Positions 48,918-58,885 of a DNA stretch of 64,000 nt are shown here, piece after piece. Position 1 is the stretch's first letter; each line of letters opens with the position of its first letter. The notes beneath the pieces are model-generated. The model ran no database searches. It saw only the letters and a program-made list of their open reading frames with translations, and had not been told where the DNA came from. The position numbers were made by a program, and so were the translations under genes. This DNA comes from Patescibacteria group bacterium (lineage in GTDB: Bacteria; Patescibacteriota; Minisyncoccia; Phycocordibacterales; UBA918). The stretch lies in the NCBI GenBank assembly GCA_019752815.1, contig JAIELQ010000003.1, positions 18,722-82,721 on the forward strand. The letters are read 5' to 3'.

Positions 48918-49002
48918 ACAATAAATTAGTTACAGTAAATTCCCCAAAAATTGAGATATCTACAATTTACCATATTTCAAGTTCTTTTGGTATGAAAAAA
49001 CC

Positions 49003-49761
49003 TTATTTCGTGGACAAAGAATCTGGATGTTGGGCGCTCCACGCATACATAACAACAGCGGCTGATGCGGCTGCATTTAATGACTCACACCGAGGATGCA
49101 TCGGAATAGAAACCAGAGTGTCACAGACTTCACGAGTTTTTTCCCGCAACCCTGAACCTTCATTCCCTAGAATAAAGGCCGTTGGCTTGGTGAACTCTTC
49201 ACCTGTTACTGGCACTGCCCCCTCTCCCGCCAGACCATAAATCCAAAAACCACGCTCCTTCAAATCACGTACGGTAGCGTTCACATTACGAATCTCAATT
49301 AAGGGAATCCGAAAAGCCATTCCCGCAGATACCTTTACTACTGTTCCGGTGACTGGTGACTGATTATGAGGCGGGATCATTACGCCAGCTAGACCAAAGG
49401 CGGCGGCACTGCGAATCACCGCTCCGACATTATGAGGATCTTGGACCTCACCTAAAATTAAAAAACAGGTGTTCGGGTTTGGCACAATCCCCTTCATAAA
49501 CTCTTTGTAGTCGACCATCAAGTCACCCACTGAAATAGCAGCGATAATGCCCTGATGTACCGCTTCACCTCGCAAGCCACCCGGGAGACGTTTTGGGTTA
49601 AGAGGTTTGGGAACAATTTTGGTTTTGGTCAGACGGGCAAAGATTTTTTCATCATTAAATCCATGTTCAATATGAAGTTCTCGAACTAATTCAGGCCGAT
49701 GAATAAGCGCCTCAAGTACAGCGTGTTTTCCGAAAATATAGACTAATTCAGTTTGTGACAT
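49003..49761 (-). CDS. rlmB: 23S rRNA 2'-O-methyltransferase (TrmH family)
   Basis: HQGI, QDPHNVGAVIRSA, GNEGSG, ESLNAA. Confidence 0.88.
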   Translation of the reverse strand: MSQTELVYIFGKHAVLEALIHRPELVRELHIEHGFNDEKIFARLTKTKIVPKPLNPKRLPGGLRGEAVHQGIIAAISVGDLMVDYKEFMKGIVPNPNTCFLILGEVQDPHNVGAVIRSAAAFGLAGVMIPPHNQSPVTGTVVKVSAGMAFRIPLIEIRNVNATVRDLKERGFWIYGLAGEGAVPVTGEEFTKPTAFILGNEGSGLREKTREVCDTLVSIPMHPRCESLNAAASAAVVMYAWSAQHPDSLSTK

Positions 49762-49801
49762 AGTATGTATGCGTTATTGTGAGGCTACTGTACCATAAAT
49801 G

Positions 49802-49961
49802 TTACATCATCCAAATTAATCATTTCACCAACCGTCCAGGATTTTGGCTGCAAAACTTCACTTCGTCCTCACCATATGTCGATATGATTCGGACTCCAGT
49901 TCGCTTTTCACCTAAAACCTTGAACTGTTGTATAGTGAAAGCATTAGTTTGAATGATGTAA
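49802..49961 (+). repeat. Divergent ERIC-like long palindrome, copy 6
   Basis: Arms TTACATCATCCAAATTAAT / ATTAGTTTGAATGATGTAA; variant core TCACCATAT-GTCG-ATATGATTC. Confidence 0.65.
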
Positions 49962-50006
49962 AAAGACGCGAGAATAGACATTCTTGCGTCTTTTATAAAA
50001 AAGTTC

Positions 50007-50804
50007 CTACTTCTTAGTAAATTTCATTTCACCATTATCCGCATCACTTTTGAGACTCAGTGTTAACTCGGTATCTACAATGCGATACGAAACGACCTGA
50101 CCGAGCTGGCTTACAAACGTTCCTTCTTTGATGTCCCCTTCACAAGCCATTAGGGTTGAAACCATCTCACTAAATGAAATCGCTCCATCAGTACCCCCAA
50201 CAAAACCGCCACCAACATTATTACAATCAGTGTTGGCACTGAAACGATTATTCTCCGAAAACGTCAAAATAAAATCTTCTGGTTCATTTGGCTCTACACT
50301 ACTCGCTGTTGCAAAACTTGTTTGTGTCCAAACCCACTGCGTACCTGACAACTCACTCGTAGAGGTAGCAGTCGCGGCAGTATCTACCATTGATTTAACC
50401 TGACAATTTGCAAAAATTACTTCTCCATCTTTTTCCACCAACGCCACACCACCTTGTTCCCAAAAAGCAATTCCGCTCTCATGGGTATACCGTGCACCGG
50501 AGGCCGCTTCTACCTGTATCATCACTAATGGATTACTATTAGGAAGTGAGACTTCAAGGACCGTTGTATCACCTGTTTTAAAGGCTGCCGCCACCACACT
50601 ATCATCAGAACAGGTATAGACCGTTGCCTGATCAAATGTCAGTGGCGCAGTGGTCGTAGCTACAGGCTCAGATGTATTTTTTGCAAACGGACTAGTAAGA
50701 TTAGTCACTTGACTCACTAAAAACAAAATCGTTCCTGCTAGTGCGGTAAGTAATAGCGTCCAAATTAATGATGTTTTCATATCTGTTAAATTGTAATTAG
50801 ACAC
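50007..50804 (-). CDS. Exported protein with MliC-like and META domains
   Basis: YTC...AASGARY...FWEQG (MliC-like); TDCNN...STLMAC (META). Confidence 0.85.
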   Translation of the reverse strand: MSNYNLTDMKTSLIWTLLLTALAGTILFLVSQVTNLTSPFAKNTSEPVATTTAPLTFDQATVYTCSDDSVVAAAFKTGDTTVLEVSLPNSNPLVMIQVEAASGARYTHESGIAFWEQGGVALVEKDGEVIFANCQVKSMVDTAATATSTSELSGTQWVWTQTSFATASSVEPNEPEDFILTFSENNRFSANTDCNNVGGGFVGGTDGAISFSEMVSTLMACEGDIKEGTFVSQLGQVVSYRIVDTELTLSLKSDADNGEMKFTKK

Positions 50805-51198
50805 AATCTTTTGCTTGATAAAATTCAGTCATCGTTGGAGTATCACCAGCTTTGATTTCATTTACCCGTTGCTCTCCTAAGATACCGGTAAAACACTCAA
50901 TTTGTTGAGGAGTGAACTGAGCAGGTACCGCTGTCGGACTAATCCCCACTGCTTCTAAAGCCTGCTCTTGTTCAACAGTCATCATGTTGGTAGTTGTTTC
51001 TGGCGCATCATTACTTGTCTGTGGTTGCTCATTTGTTAATTGTGTCTCATCAGCACGCACCTCCTCTCTTGAGTTATAGAGACTCATAACTACTGGTCGC
51101 AGGTTTAATGGATCAGCAATCACAAAATATGTCACCCCGATAAGGATGAAAAAGAAAATTACTCCGAGTGCTACAAAGAAACGATATATCCATTTCAT
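50797..51198 (-). CDS. Membrane-anchored hypothetical protein
   Basis: N-terminal TM, C-terminal Cys pair; TATACT 6 nt upstream. Confidence 0.7.
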   Translation of the reverse strand: MKWIYRFFVALGVIFFFILIGVTYFVIADPLNLRPVVMSLYNSREEVRADETQLTNEQPQTSNDAPETTTNMMTVEQEQALEAVGISPTAVPAQFTPQQIECFTGILGEQRVNEIKAGDTPTMTEFYQAKDCV

Positions 51199-51284
51199 AG
51201 AGACAGTATATCATAATACGTACCATACCCTGTCGAGAACAACGCTTACAAAAACAGCATTTTTATGACATACTCATACGTATT

Positions 51285-52331
51285 ATGGTTCAAAAGACCA
51301 AACCTCCACTTCCCTATACAAAGCCGCCCCTTGCTCGCAGAGTCGTTGTGTGGCCATTAACAGTTGTCGCTATTTTAGTTTTTACCGCCCTCATTTTTCT
51401 CCTGCAAGTAAAAATCTTGTCTATATCTGAACCTGCACGAACTCACACCCAAAGTGACGCGGCAATTACCACACCCTTTCCCGTGAGTGTTAATCCAAAA
51501 ACCAAAACCATTACCGACAGTACAGCTGCTGAAAGTTATATCACCGACCAAGTAGCAAGTAATCATAGTAATTTTAAAACTGCGGGTGGCTTCATTGCTC
51601 TCATCCAAGCAAAATTAGCCCAATTCAGTTTGTACCAGCATCTCGCCACTCCAGTCAGTCGAACACTCATTGTTAATTCGGGTGAACGGAGCGAACAGAT
51701 TACTGAAAATTTTGCAGGAATTCTGGGCTGGACTGGGGCAGAGCAAGCGGAGTTCATTAAACGCATGAGCGAAGAAACCCCCACCTCAACCAACGGAAAA
51801 ATATACCCCGGAAAATATACTGTCGATAAAGAAACCACCCCAGAGGAAATGGCTCGCATTATTGCCGACCGATTTAATGCTGAGGTCCGTACTCGGTATA
51901 CGGGAGACGTTGAAGCGGTAGTACCGCTTCGGGACGCTCTGATTATTGCCTCCCTCCTTGAACGTGAGGCCTATGATTTTGAAGATATGCGGTACATTTC
52001 GGGAATTATCTGGAACCGACTGTTTATTGATATGCGTTTACAAATTGATGCCACATTACAGTATGTACGCGGAGCCAATAAAAATGAGCCGTGGTGGCCA
52101 GTACCAGTCCCCGCAGACAAATATTTGAAATCACCCTTTAACACCTACCAGAATGCGGGCTTACCACCTGAACCAATTGCTAACCCTTCTATTGATGCCA
52201 TTATTGCCGCCTTAAATCCACGAGAAACAGATTGTCTATTTTACTTCCATGCCAATGACGGTACGTTTTATTGCAGTGTAACCTACGAAGAACATGTCGC
52301 AGGCCTCCGAAAAGTTTTTGGCACGAAGTAA
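51285..52331 (+). CDS. mltG: Endolytic transglycosylase MltG
   Basis: IASLLERE, NRL..MRLQIDAT, SPFNTY..GLPPEPIANP. Confidence 0.92.
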   Translation: MVQKTKPPLPYTKPPLARRVVVWPLTVVAILVFTALIFLLQVKILSISEPARTHTQSDAAITTPFPVSVNPKTKTITDSTAAESYITDQVASNHSNFKTAGGFIALIQAKLAQFSLYQHLATPVSRTLIVNSGERSEQITENFAGILGWTGAEQAEFIKRMSEETPTSTNGKIYPGKYTVDKETTPEEMARIIADRFNAEVRTRYTGDVEAVVPLRDALIIASLLEREAYDFEDMRYISGIIWNRLFIDMRLQIDATLQYVRGANKNEPWWPVPVPADKYLKSPFNTYQNAGLPPEPIANPSIDAIIAALNPRETDCLFYFHANDGTFYCSVTYEEHVAGLRKVFGTK

Positions 52332-52396
52332 ACAAAATTATACTGTCTATTTAATTAGTACTACAAAAAAGTCCCCAGATGGGGACTTTTTTGATT

Positions 52397-52596
52397 TAAA
52401 ACTTTCAGAATCGAGTGCAGTGCTAGAAGCGCAAGGACATTTTCTGGAAACGTACTTCTTGTACGATGGAAGAAAATGTACCGCAGCTGGTCCAGCGATT
52501 TTCCCAAGGGAAGAAAAAATCGGGACAGAAATTCAGAATTGTCGCTACGCTCTGTTCTTCATTCCACAACGCAATGTGCCGATTCTGGAAGTTTTA
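52397..52596 (-). repeat. ERIC-like element copy 7 with insertion
   Basis: Arms TAAAACTTCCAGAATCG / CGATTCTGAAAGTTTTA start at the TAA stop; core CCATCGTAC-AAGAA-GTACGTTTC. Confidence 0.75.
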
Positions 52597-53832
52597 GAGT
52601 TGGTCTTCGGCATCGGCGATTAAATCCAACGCCTCCTCAATCAAATCTTCTGCCTCGTCTTCGTCACCATCATCAATGGCATCTTCGGCGTCATCGAGGA
52701 GATCATCTGCTTCATCTAGATAATCTTGGGCATCATCCATGTTCTCTCCGTCATCTTCGGCCGCATCAACTTCGTCTCGTAGATCATCAAGCTCATCACG
52801 CGCATCATCAAGCTCATCTTCAACATCAGTACCCTTTGAACCAATGGCATCAATGGCATCGTTCACTAAATCTTCAGCTTCTTCTGCTAATTCAAGAGCG
52901 TCTTCGTAATCTTCGTCATCAAGAGCAGTCTTGGCTTCATCGAGCACATCTTTAGCTTCGTCGAGAATGTCTTCAGCATCACTGGTCGCCTTACCATCTT
53001 CATCAGCAGCATCAATCTCATCTTCTGCTTCATCAATTGCATCATCAACTTCATCAATCAAATCTTCAGCTTCTGAAGCTTCGCTTGAAGCACCTACCGC
53101 ATCCAACGCATCTTCGATACTATCTTCGACATTATCGAGAGCATCTTCTGCATCGCTATCGTCACCAGCAAGGTACGCTAACACCGCGGTAAAGAAATCA
53201 TCTCGTGCATCAGCTAAACTATCGAGTGCATCTTCGTAATCATCGGCATCATCATTATCTGCCACTTCTTCTTCTGCATCACGAAGTGACTTGGTAACAT
53301 CTTTGAGCTGATCTGAAACATCACTGTCGTTTGTGGTAGTTTTGGTAGTATTTGAAACAACAGCACTACCGAGCAACTGTGCTTTTAGCTCTTCAACTTT
53401 TTTCAAGAGCGCATCTTGTGAAATATCGACGGTAGTTGAAGTTGCTGCCCCTAACACTACTGGCTTAGGAGTAGTTCCTTGTACTAACGATTTATAGACA
53501 GCTTGTGAACGCGGACCGAAGTATCCACTGGCTGGTGACAACTTATTGGCTTGTTGCCATTTAATCAAGGCTGCCTCAGTTAATGTTTTAAACTCTGTCG
53601 TCTCTTTACCCGGAGCACCTCCGCCGGTTGTTGTAATAACAAATCCATTAGCATTTAAATATTGCTGAAGACATCTCACGTCTTCACCAACCACGCCCAT
53701 CTGTAAATCACGATCAAATGTACAGACCGTTGCGGCCTTAACATCACTCGATACAAAGAATACTGATCCAATAATTACTGCCGTTACTAATGCTTCTTTG
53801 GCGCCAAAGCCAATTTTTGTATACCGATTCAT
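52594..53832 (-). CDS. Secreted peptidoglycan-binding protein with highly acidic helical-repeat C-terminus
   Basis: Signal peptide, GEDVRCLQQYLN...GYFGPRS (PG_binding_1-like), then D/E/A-rich repeats; start at MNRYT. Confidence 0.8.
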   Translation of the reverse strand: MNRYTKIGFGAKEALVTAVIIGSVFFVSSDVKAATVCTFDRDLQMGVVGEDVRCLQQYLNANGFVITTTGGGAPGKETTEFKTLTEAALIKWQQANKLSPASGYFGPRSQAVYKSLVQGTTPKPVVLGAATSTTVDISQDALLKKVEELKAQLLGSAVVSNTTKTTTNDSDVSDQLKDVTKSLRDAEEEVADNDDADDYEDALDSLADARDDFFTAVLAYLAGDDSDAEDALDNVEDSIEDALDAVGASSEASEAEDLIDEVDDAIDEAEDEIDAADEDGKATSDAEDILDEAKDVLDEAKTALDDEDYEDALELAEEAEDLVNDAIDAIGSKGTDVEDELDDARDELDDLRDEVDAAEDDGENMDDAQDYLDEADDLLDDAEDAIDDGDEDEAEDLIEEALDLIADAEDQL

Positions 53833-53878
53833 ATACCCACAGTATACCGCACTCGTGACTCTATAGGTTGGGTATAAC

Positions 53879-54133
53879 TCATTTGGTGCGATGCGGGCAC
53901 CCCGGCCAACAACATGGGCGTCGCTTTCCAGCGTCCACTTCTGCGAGGAGACGCTCAATATGGTGAGTCCGGGTTTCTTTTTTCTTGACCGAAATAGTCC
54001 AGCAAATCCACTCATTACGCCCCAATGGCGTGAGAGCGTTCCATCTATCAACCGTAATCGGTCGAGATACAAGGGCCTGTCTCAAATCAGCAGGAACTGT
54101 ATGAGCCACACCAGATGCAATTTTCTTACCCAT
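53879..54133 (-). CDS. YdeI/OmpD-associated (OmdA) family protein
   Basis: VPADLRQAL..WNALTPLGRNEWICW...KKKETR..GKRRPCCWPGC. Confidence 0.85.
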   Translation of the reverse strand: MGKKIASGVAHTVPADLRQALVSRPITVDRWNALTPLGRNEWICWTISVKKKETRTHHIERLLAEVDAGKRRPCCWPGCPHRTK

Positions 54134-54149
54134 AAAAATGAAGTGTCCC

Positions 54150-55337
54150 TTACTGATACTGGATAAAAATAGGCTTGGGATTTAGTTGTAACGCCTCAGC
54201 AGGAGTCATGATACCGGTACTTGGCGGTTTAAGGTCGTTTTTATAGAAAATTTTTAACCCGGTGAACTGAACAGGCTCAGGCACAATCACCTGACCATAG
54301 GTCCCCCGCTTGAGGTCTTTTGGACCCCAACCATCCATAACCACTATTACCTGCACTTCTGGCGTTGGCGTAATATCTGCATACCCAGTAACCATATTTT
54401 GCGTAAACCGATGTACCAACAATACTTTAGGTGGCAGTTTATTCGCCCGTACGATTTCTGACATGTAGTTAATGACGTAGTTAATATCAGCAGCACTGTG
54501 ACTCCCAATGACTGTCCCCGGACGATCTCCAGTCTTCATAGAAAATTCTGGGTCGAGCGCTAAATGCACTTCGGGACGTTCCAGGTACGTTTTAAATTTA
54601 GGCAACTCCTGCTCAATCGTACTGAGGCCAATTTGTAAATCTAAAATTAAAATCGCATTTGCTCGTTTTGCCAGATCATACGCTTTTTCTATTTCACGCG
54701 CTGGCATCATGGCTCGATACATACCGTCTGCTCCTGCTTCTGCCTGCGCCACCATAGCAATATACTCAATGGCTGGCTGTACCGGAGTACTAGGGTCGGC
54801 TTCTTCCCAGAGTTTCTGAGTAGCTGCTAAACGGCGCAAAACTTCATCTGGTTCATATTCCCCTAAAATACCCATCTGTCGGGAAAAGAAATTTCCATAG
54901 TAGGACAAAATTCGTTTGAACGGCACAATTGCTCCGCCATTTGGATACACAGCTTCAGGTGGCCACCGTTTTCCGGGAATGGTTACATTGCTTGAACTAC
55001 TGTATTGCGGTAGCACAGTTTTCTCAAGCGTCGATGTCGCTACTGAAGTTGTCCCCGTAGAAGCGGATATGGGTTTCGGAGGCTGATAGTTCACTAACGC
55101 CAGTAATCGTTTATCGTATTCAGTAGTATCAAGCGGTGCCGGCCACGATGGTATGGCTGCTGCCGCAGCTGATTCATTTTCTTTTGGCACTGAACCTGAA
55201 TCTGTTTCATTCTTGACGGCTTCGCTCACATACGTAACTTTACTTACACTCAAAGCATGAACAACAAACACTCCTGCCAATATGACCGGCAGTGTTAGAG
55301 CAAACAGCGTGATACTTTTTTTAGCTTCCTTTGTCAC
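54150..55337 (-). CDS. Conserved exported hypothetical protein
   Basis: N-terminal TM; YYGN, LDLQIG, HLALDPEF, VHRFT, MDGWG, KIFYKND. Confidence 0.75.
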   Translation of the reverse strand: MTKEAKKSITLFALTLPVILAGVFVVHALSVSKVTYVSEAVKNETDSGSVPKENESAAAAAIPSWPAPLDTTEYDKRLLALVNYQPPKPISASTGTTSVATSTLEKTVLPQYSSSSNVTIPGKRWPPEAVYPNGGAIVPFKRILSYYGNFFSRQMGILGEYEPDEVLRRLAATQKLWEEADPSTPVQPAIEYIAMVAQAEAGADGMYRAMMPAREIEKAYDLAKRANAILILDLQIGLSTIEQELPKFKTYLERPEVHLALDPEFSMKTGDRPGTVIGSHSAADINYVINYMSEIVRANKLPPKVLLVHRFTQNMVTGYADITPTPEVQVIVVMDGWGPKDLKRGTYGQVIVPEPVQFTGLKIFYKNDLKPPSTGIMTPAEALQLNPKPIFIQYQ

Positions 55338-55439
55338 TAGTTTGATAATACCACGCGATACCTCATTTTTCTCATGCTTTTAGCAGTAAGAGCTACTGCT
55401 GGGAGTCGTCTTATAGCAATAACCAAATGTAATATGTAT

Positions 55440-55988
55440 ATGAAAAAAGCCTTATTTATTGTTCCATTATTTGTTTTTGTAGCATTGAGTACCGTAGCCA
55501 ATCCAGCCCAAGCGCTCAGTTGTCTACCGACAGATATGTACATTACCAGTATAATTGGAAACGACGACACCGTTATTTTTGTTGCTAAAACAGATTCTAC
55601 AATCGAAGCCACTGATTACACTGCCGAAGCCCTAACAGTCACAACGGCATATCAAGGATATGTCGAAGCAAAGCTCATGGCGTATCATCGCAAAGATGCT
55701 ACTTGGGGATACCTCTGTAACAGCGGACCAAAAGGTACCAATACCGAGAGTGTATACATCGCAACTAAAGATGCTGCTGGCAAATACCAAGTGAGTCAAC
55801 GACTCGATATGGATAGTAACTTACTACCAGACATCAAAGAAATGATTTCGGATAAAGAAGTTGTTGGTGAAATCATAGAATTCAATAAAACAGACCGTAT
55901 CAATCAAATTGGTACGACCATTATGGAACTCTTGCAGGAAGTAATGATTCTACTTAAAGAGCAAATGTACTGGAAAAGTGTGAAGTAG
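55440..55988 (+). CDS. Secreted hypothetical protein (TIMP/NTR-like start)
   Basis: Signal peptide ending AQA followed by LSCLP; terminator at about 56008-56036. Confidence 0.65.
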   Translation: MKKALFIVPLFVFVALSTVANPAQALSCLPTDMYITSIIGNDDTVIFVAKTDSTIEATDYTAEALTVTTAYQGYVEAKLMAYHRKDATWGYLCNSGPKGTNTESVYIATKDAAGKYQVSQRLDMDSNLLPDIKEMISDKEVVGEIIEFNKTDRINQIGTTIMELLQEVMILLKEQMYWKSVK

Positions 55989-56117
55989 CCAAGAGCTTAC
56001 ACCTCTAAAAAACAACCGCGAGAGCGGTTGTTTTTTATACATTCAATTTAGAATGCCCTACCATTTTCTCTCCTCACAAATTCATTCATCCGTATTCTCT
56101 ACCGAAACCATACTGAG

Positions 56118-56924
56118 CTACAAGCGTACCTGGTTACGATTCATAATTCGTACTTTATCGGCAACGGTACCTTTTTCAAAATTACGAAACTTGCCAATGA
56201 CGAGTTTTATGAGCTTGGGTGGCTGCAAAATTCTTTTTCCAATTACCGCCACATGATGATCACGTAGCTCAATAAATGTTTGTCGTTCCTTTTCAGTTTG
56301 TAGTTGTGCATAGGCTTCGGCCAGATGCCAGGCATCAGTACGAGATTTAACGATACCCAAATGAGCGATTGGCCAATATGAGTTACCGGTTATTTTATCG
56401 AACGTGGTAAGCGGATGAAATATTTCGCGTAACTCTGACTCTACTTCTTCAATGAGGGAATCTAATATATCGTTAACCTGATCAAAGTCATTTTTAAGTG
56501 AAGCTAAATTGTGAGTTTCGGTTTCAGCAGCCGATATACCGAGATCTAAACAAATGTGTGCATTCATACTGGCAATCAAATGTTGAATCACCATTGGACT
56601 CCATTTTTTAGACGCTTCGAACGTTATCTTCCATGATTCAGAACATGGCTTTCCTTGTGCATACGCGTAATATGCAACCAAGTAACGGTTAGCAAAGATA
56701 ACATCGAACCGCTCCATGCGCTCGTTATCTTCAAACGAACCTTCTAAGATGCGCTGCTTAACCTGTCTGGTGACACGATTGTACATCGCCGGAAAATAAC
56801 CCATCCGACAACCTGTAGCTTCACACGTCGCTACGATAGCATCCAGATGATCAATAACTTCATCAATGGTAGTGGGTAAAGTAATGCTGGAAGAATTCAT
56901 TTTATTTGATGGTAGCATGACCAC
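56118..56924 (-). CDS. DUF5995-like protein
   Basis: GYFPAMY.RVT, F.D..RME.FDV.FANRY, MNAHI..DL, DF..VN.IL. Confidence 0.78.
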   Translation of the reverse strand: MVMLPSNKMNSSSITLPTTIDEVIDHLDAIVATCEATGCRMGYFPAMYNRVTRQVKQRILEGSFEDNERMERFDVIFANRYLVAYYAYAQGKPCSESWKITFEASKKWSPMVIQHLIASMNAHICLDLGISAAETETHNLASLKNDFDQVNDILDSLIEEVESELREIFHPLTTFDKITGNSYWPIAHLGIVKSRTDAWHLAEAYAQLQTEKERQTFIELRDHHVAVIGKRILQPPKLIKLVIGKFRNFEKGTVADKVRIMNRNQVRL

Positions 56925-56980
56925 TTCATGATGATGTCACATTCTCCCCTGCAAAAAGCTTCTCTTGATAACAACGTACT

Positions 56981-57047
56981 ACTTGCTTCAGGCGACACGA
57001 AAAAACATCCCGAAGGATGTCTTTTCTACTCGCTGACTGTCTGGGAC
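56981..57047 (-). repeat. Distal (third) unit of the tRNA-Gln tail array
   Basis: ACGAAAAAACATCCCGAAGGATGTCTTTTCTACTCGCTG is identical to 58610-58648; CTTGCTTCAGGC matches 58764-58775. Confidence 0.85.
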
Positions 57048-57074
57048 AATATAAGGATTTTAATATAAATGTGC

Positions 57075-57920
57075 CTAACCCTTTATTCCTTCTGTAAGTT
57101 TAATAATCTGTGGAGCAGTATTTGATTGCGTATAGTCTACTCTGTATCTAACAAGTTGTGTGTAGGTCCAGGTATTAATTTTTGCATTAAGCCATCTGAC
57201 TCGTATTTCAGGAAAAACGAAATTTGCAGTTGAATCATACACTGTGGACATATTTATTTGCCTCGGTTGGCAATTAGCCAATACATACGAAATCTTGTTC
57301 TGTTCAGAAAAAAGTAGTTCTACCTCCATTTGTTCCGTCCCGATGCAATTTTTAGGTGGCGTAATTACGCCAGTAATTTTTATAGAACGATTACCAGTAC
57401 TTACCACATTCATCGTTGCCGTTACATCAGGTGAACTAAACAGAGGTGCTGGTCTTTTGGTATCTGTTTGAATAATTTCATTCTTGATAACAACTTCCGT
57501 GGTTGCAAGCACTCTGCCTTTCTTTGAATAGGCAACTGTGTACGTTCCATCCTTTTCATACACATGATCTACAACACCCTTACAGTCTGCTTTTGCTGAT
57601 TTTCCGTCTCCAAACGAGATTTTATATTCAGGCATTACTGAAACACACGTTGCCTGTCCTTGATATCTAAAAGTCACACCGTATTTATTAATTGTTTCAT
57701 CTACATAGTTACTCTTTCGTTCATATGTTAGGAATGGAGCCTTATTAGAAACTGCAGGCTTTGTAAGCAATGCTAATTGTTCTTGTAATTGCAAAAGTAA
57801 TTTTTGAAGCATTTCAATTTGTGCAGCGTTGTTGGAACTTACTGTTGCATGAACAGAAACTGGCATGAGAGTACTCATCGCTACAATTCCAATAAGTACT
57901 ATACAGATACATTTTTTCAT
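57075..57920 (-). CDS. Secreted PKD-domain-like protein
   Basis: Signal peptide, QLQEQLA coiled coil, ISFGDG...HVYEKDGTYTV; AT-rich. Confidence 0.75.
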   Translation of the reverse strand: MKKCICIVLIGIVAMSTLMPVSVHATVSSNNAAQIEMLQKLLLQLQEQLALLTKPAVSNKAPFLTYERKSNYVDETINKYGVTFRYQGQATCVSVMPEYKISFGDGKSAKADCKGVVDHVYEKDGTYTVAYSKKGRVLATTEVVIKNEIIQTDTKRPAPLFSSPDVTATMNVVSTGNRSIKITGVITPPKNCIGTEQMEVELLFSEQNKISYVLANCQPRQINMSTVYDSTANFVFPEIRVRWLNAKINTWTYTQLVRYRVDYTQSNTAPQIIKLTEGIKG

Positions 57921-57954
57921 ATACTAAAATTATACTATACACAGAAACTACAAT

Positions 57955-58479
57955 TTGAGTTTAGCTATGATATACAATTACTTCATGTATAGACTAATGA
58001 CTCTTTTTATTCTCAATCCAATAATCATATTTTGCTCGTATTTAGTTATTGGTTACTTTTTATTTAGCTTTTATGGCTGTACTCGAGGATGTGTGCAGAA
58101 TATCCCTTTTGAAATATTTGGGTTAGGATATGGATTCATATATTTTACAATATTAACGTTACCCTTTTCACTTATTGGCTGGCTTATTATTTTACCACTC
58201 TTAGTTATCGCTATACGTAATCACAGTTTACGCTTTACAATTAGTACACAAAATAAAATTGCACTCTTAATTGGTAGCTCATTAATTCCACTACCTGGAA
58301 TTATCTTTGTAATTAATCGAGCAAATCAACATCCGTATTATTGGGATGTAGTTCAAAAAGGCAGTGATGTGTCCTACCTAAGTTTCATTAGTGGTGACAT
58401 CATTTGGTATACCTGTCTTTATTTAGTATTTTTGTTAGCTGTTTATTTTTTGATTAAACTATACGAAAAAAAGATTTAG
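57955..58479 (+). CDS. Hypothetical membrane protein
   Basis: Four hydrophobic segments; very AT-rich; start uncertain. Confidence 0.6.
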   Translation: MSLAMIYNYFMYRLMTLFILNPIIIFCSYLVIGYFLFSFYGCTRGCVQNIPFEIFGLGYGFIYFTILTLPFSLIGWLIILPLLVIAIRNHSLRFTISTQNKIALLIGSSLIPLPGIIFVINRANQHPYYWDVVQKGSDVSYLSFISGDIIWYTCLYLVFLLAVYFLIKLYEKKI

Positions 58480-58483
58480 GACA

Positions 58484-58814
58484 GACTGACAGGGACTCGA
58501 AGCTTACATGTTCAGTACCCGTTGTCGCTCTTTTTTCAAAAGAGCTGGCAACGGCTTCGAGTCCGCGCAGACGCTTTCTTTCAGAAAGCTGCGCCTGTCA
58601 GGCAGCGATACGAAAAAACATCCCGAAGGATGTCTTTTCTACTCGCTGCCTGACAGGGACTCGAATTCTACGAATTCAGTATCCTGATTGGATACTTTTG
58701 TTCGCTTCGCTCCCAAAGTATGCTCAATCAGGCTTCGAGTCCCTGGCGCAAGGTGTCCCACACCTTGCTTCAGGCAGCACGAGAAAACCGCCAAAAGGCG
58801 GTTTAACTCTCGTG
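58484..58814 (-). repeat. Two tandem tRNA-tail units behind tRNA-Gln
   Basis: Direct copies of CTGACAGGGACTCGAA near 58486 and 58650; hairpin-interrupted inverted copies at about 58556-58608 and 58734-58780; two terminators. Confidence 0.85.
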
Positions 58815-58885
58815 CTGCCTGACAGGGACTCGAACCCCAATAGCTGGTACCAAAAACCAGAGTCCTACCATTAGACGATCAGGCA
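58815..58885 (-). tRNA. tRNA-Gln(TTG)
   Basis: TGCCTGA/TCAGGCA acceptor; CTGGT-TTTTGGT-ACCAG anticodon arm; GGTTCGAGTCC. Confidence 0.93.

Noticed and set aside
52294-53239. Plus-strand ORFs rich in His, Arg or Ser
   Set aside because: Antisense shadows of the acidic repeat gene and the ERIC-like element.
53833-54072. 492-aa version of the PG-binding protein
   Set aside because: It overlaps the OmdA-like gene; the signal peptide and -10 support a start at 53832.
58484-58885. CRISPR array
   Set aside because: The repeats are tRNA 3'-end copies in alternating orientation with long structured spacers, and no cas genes are present.
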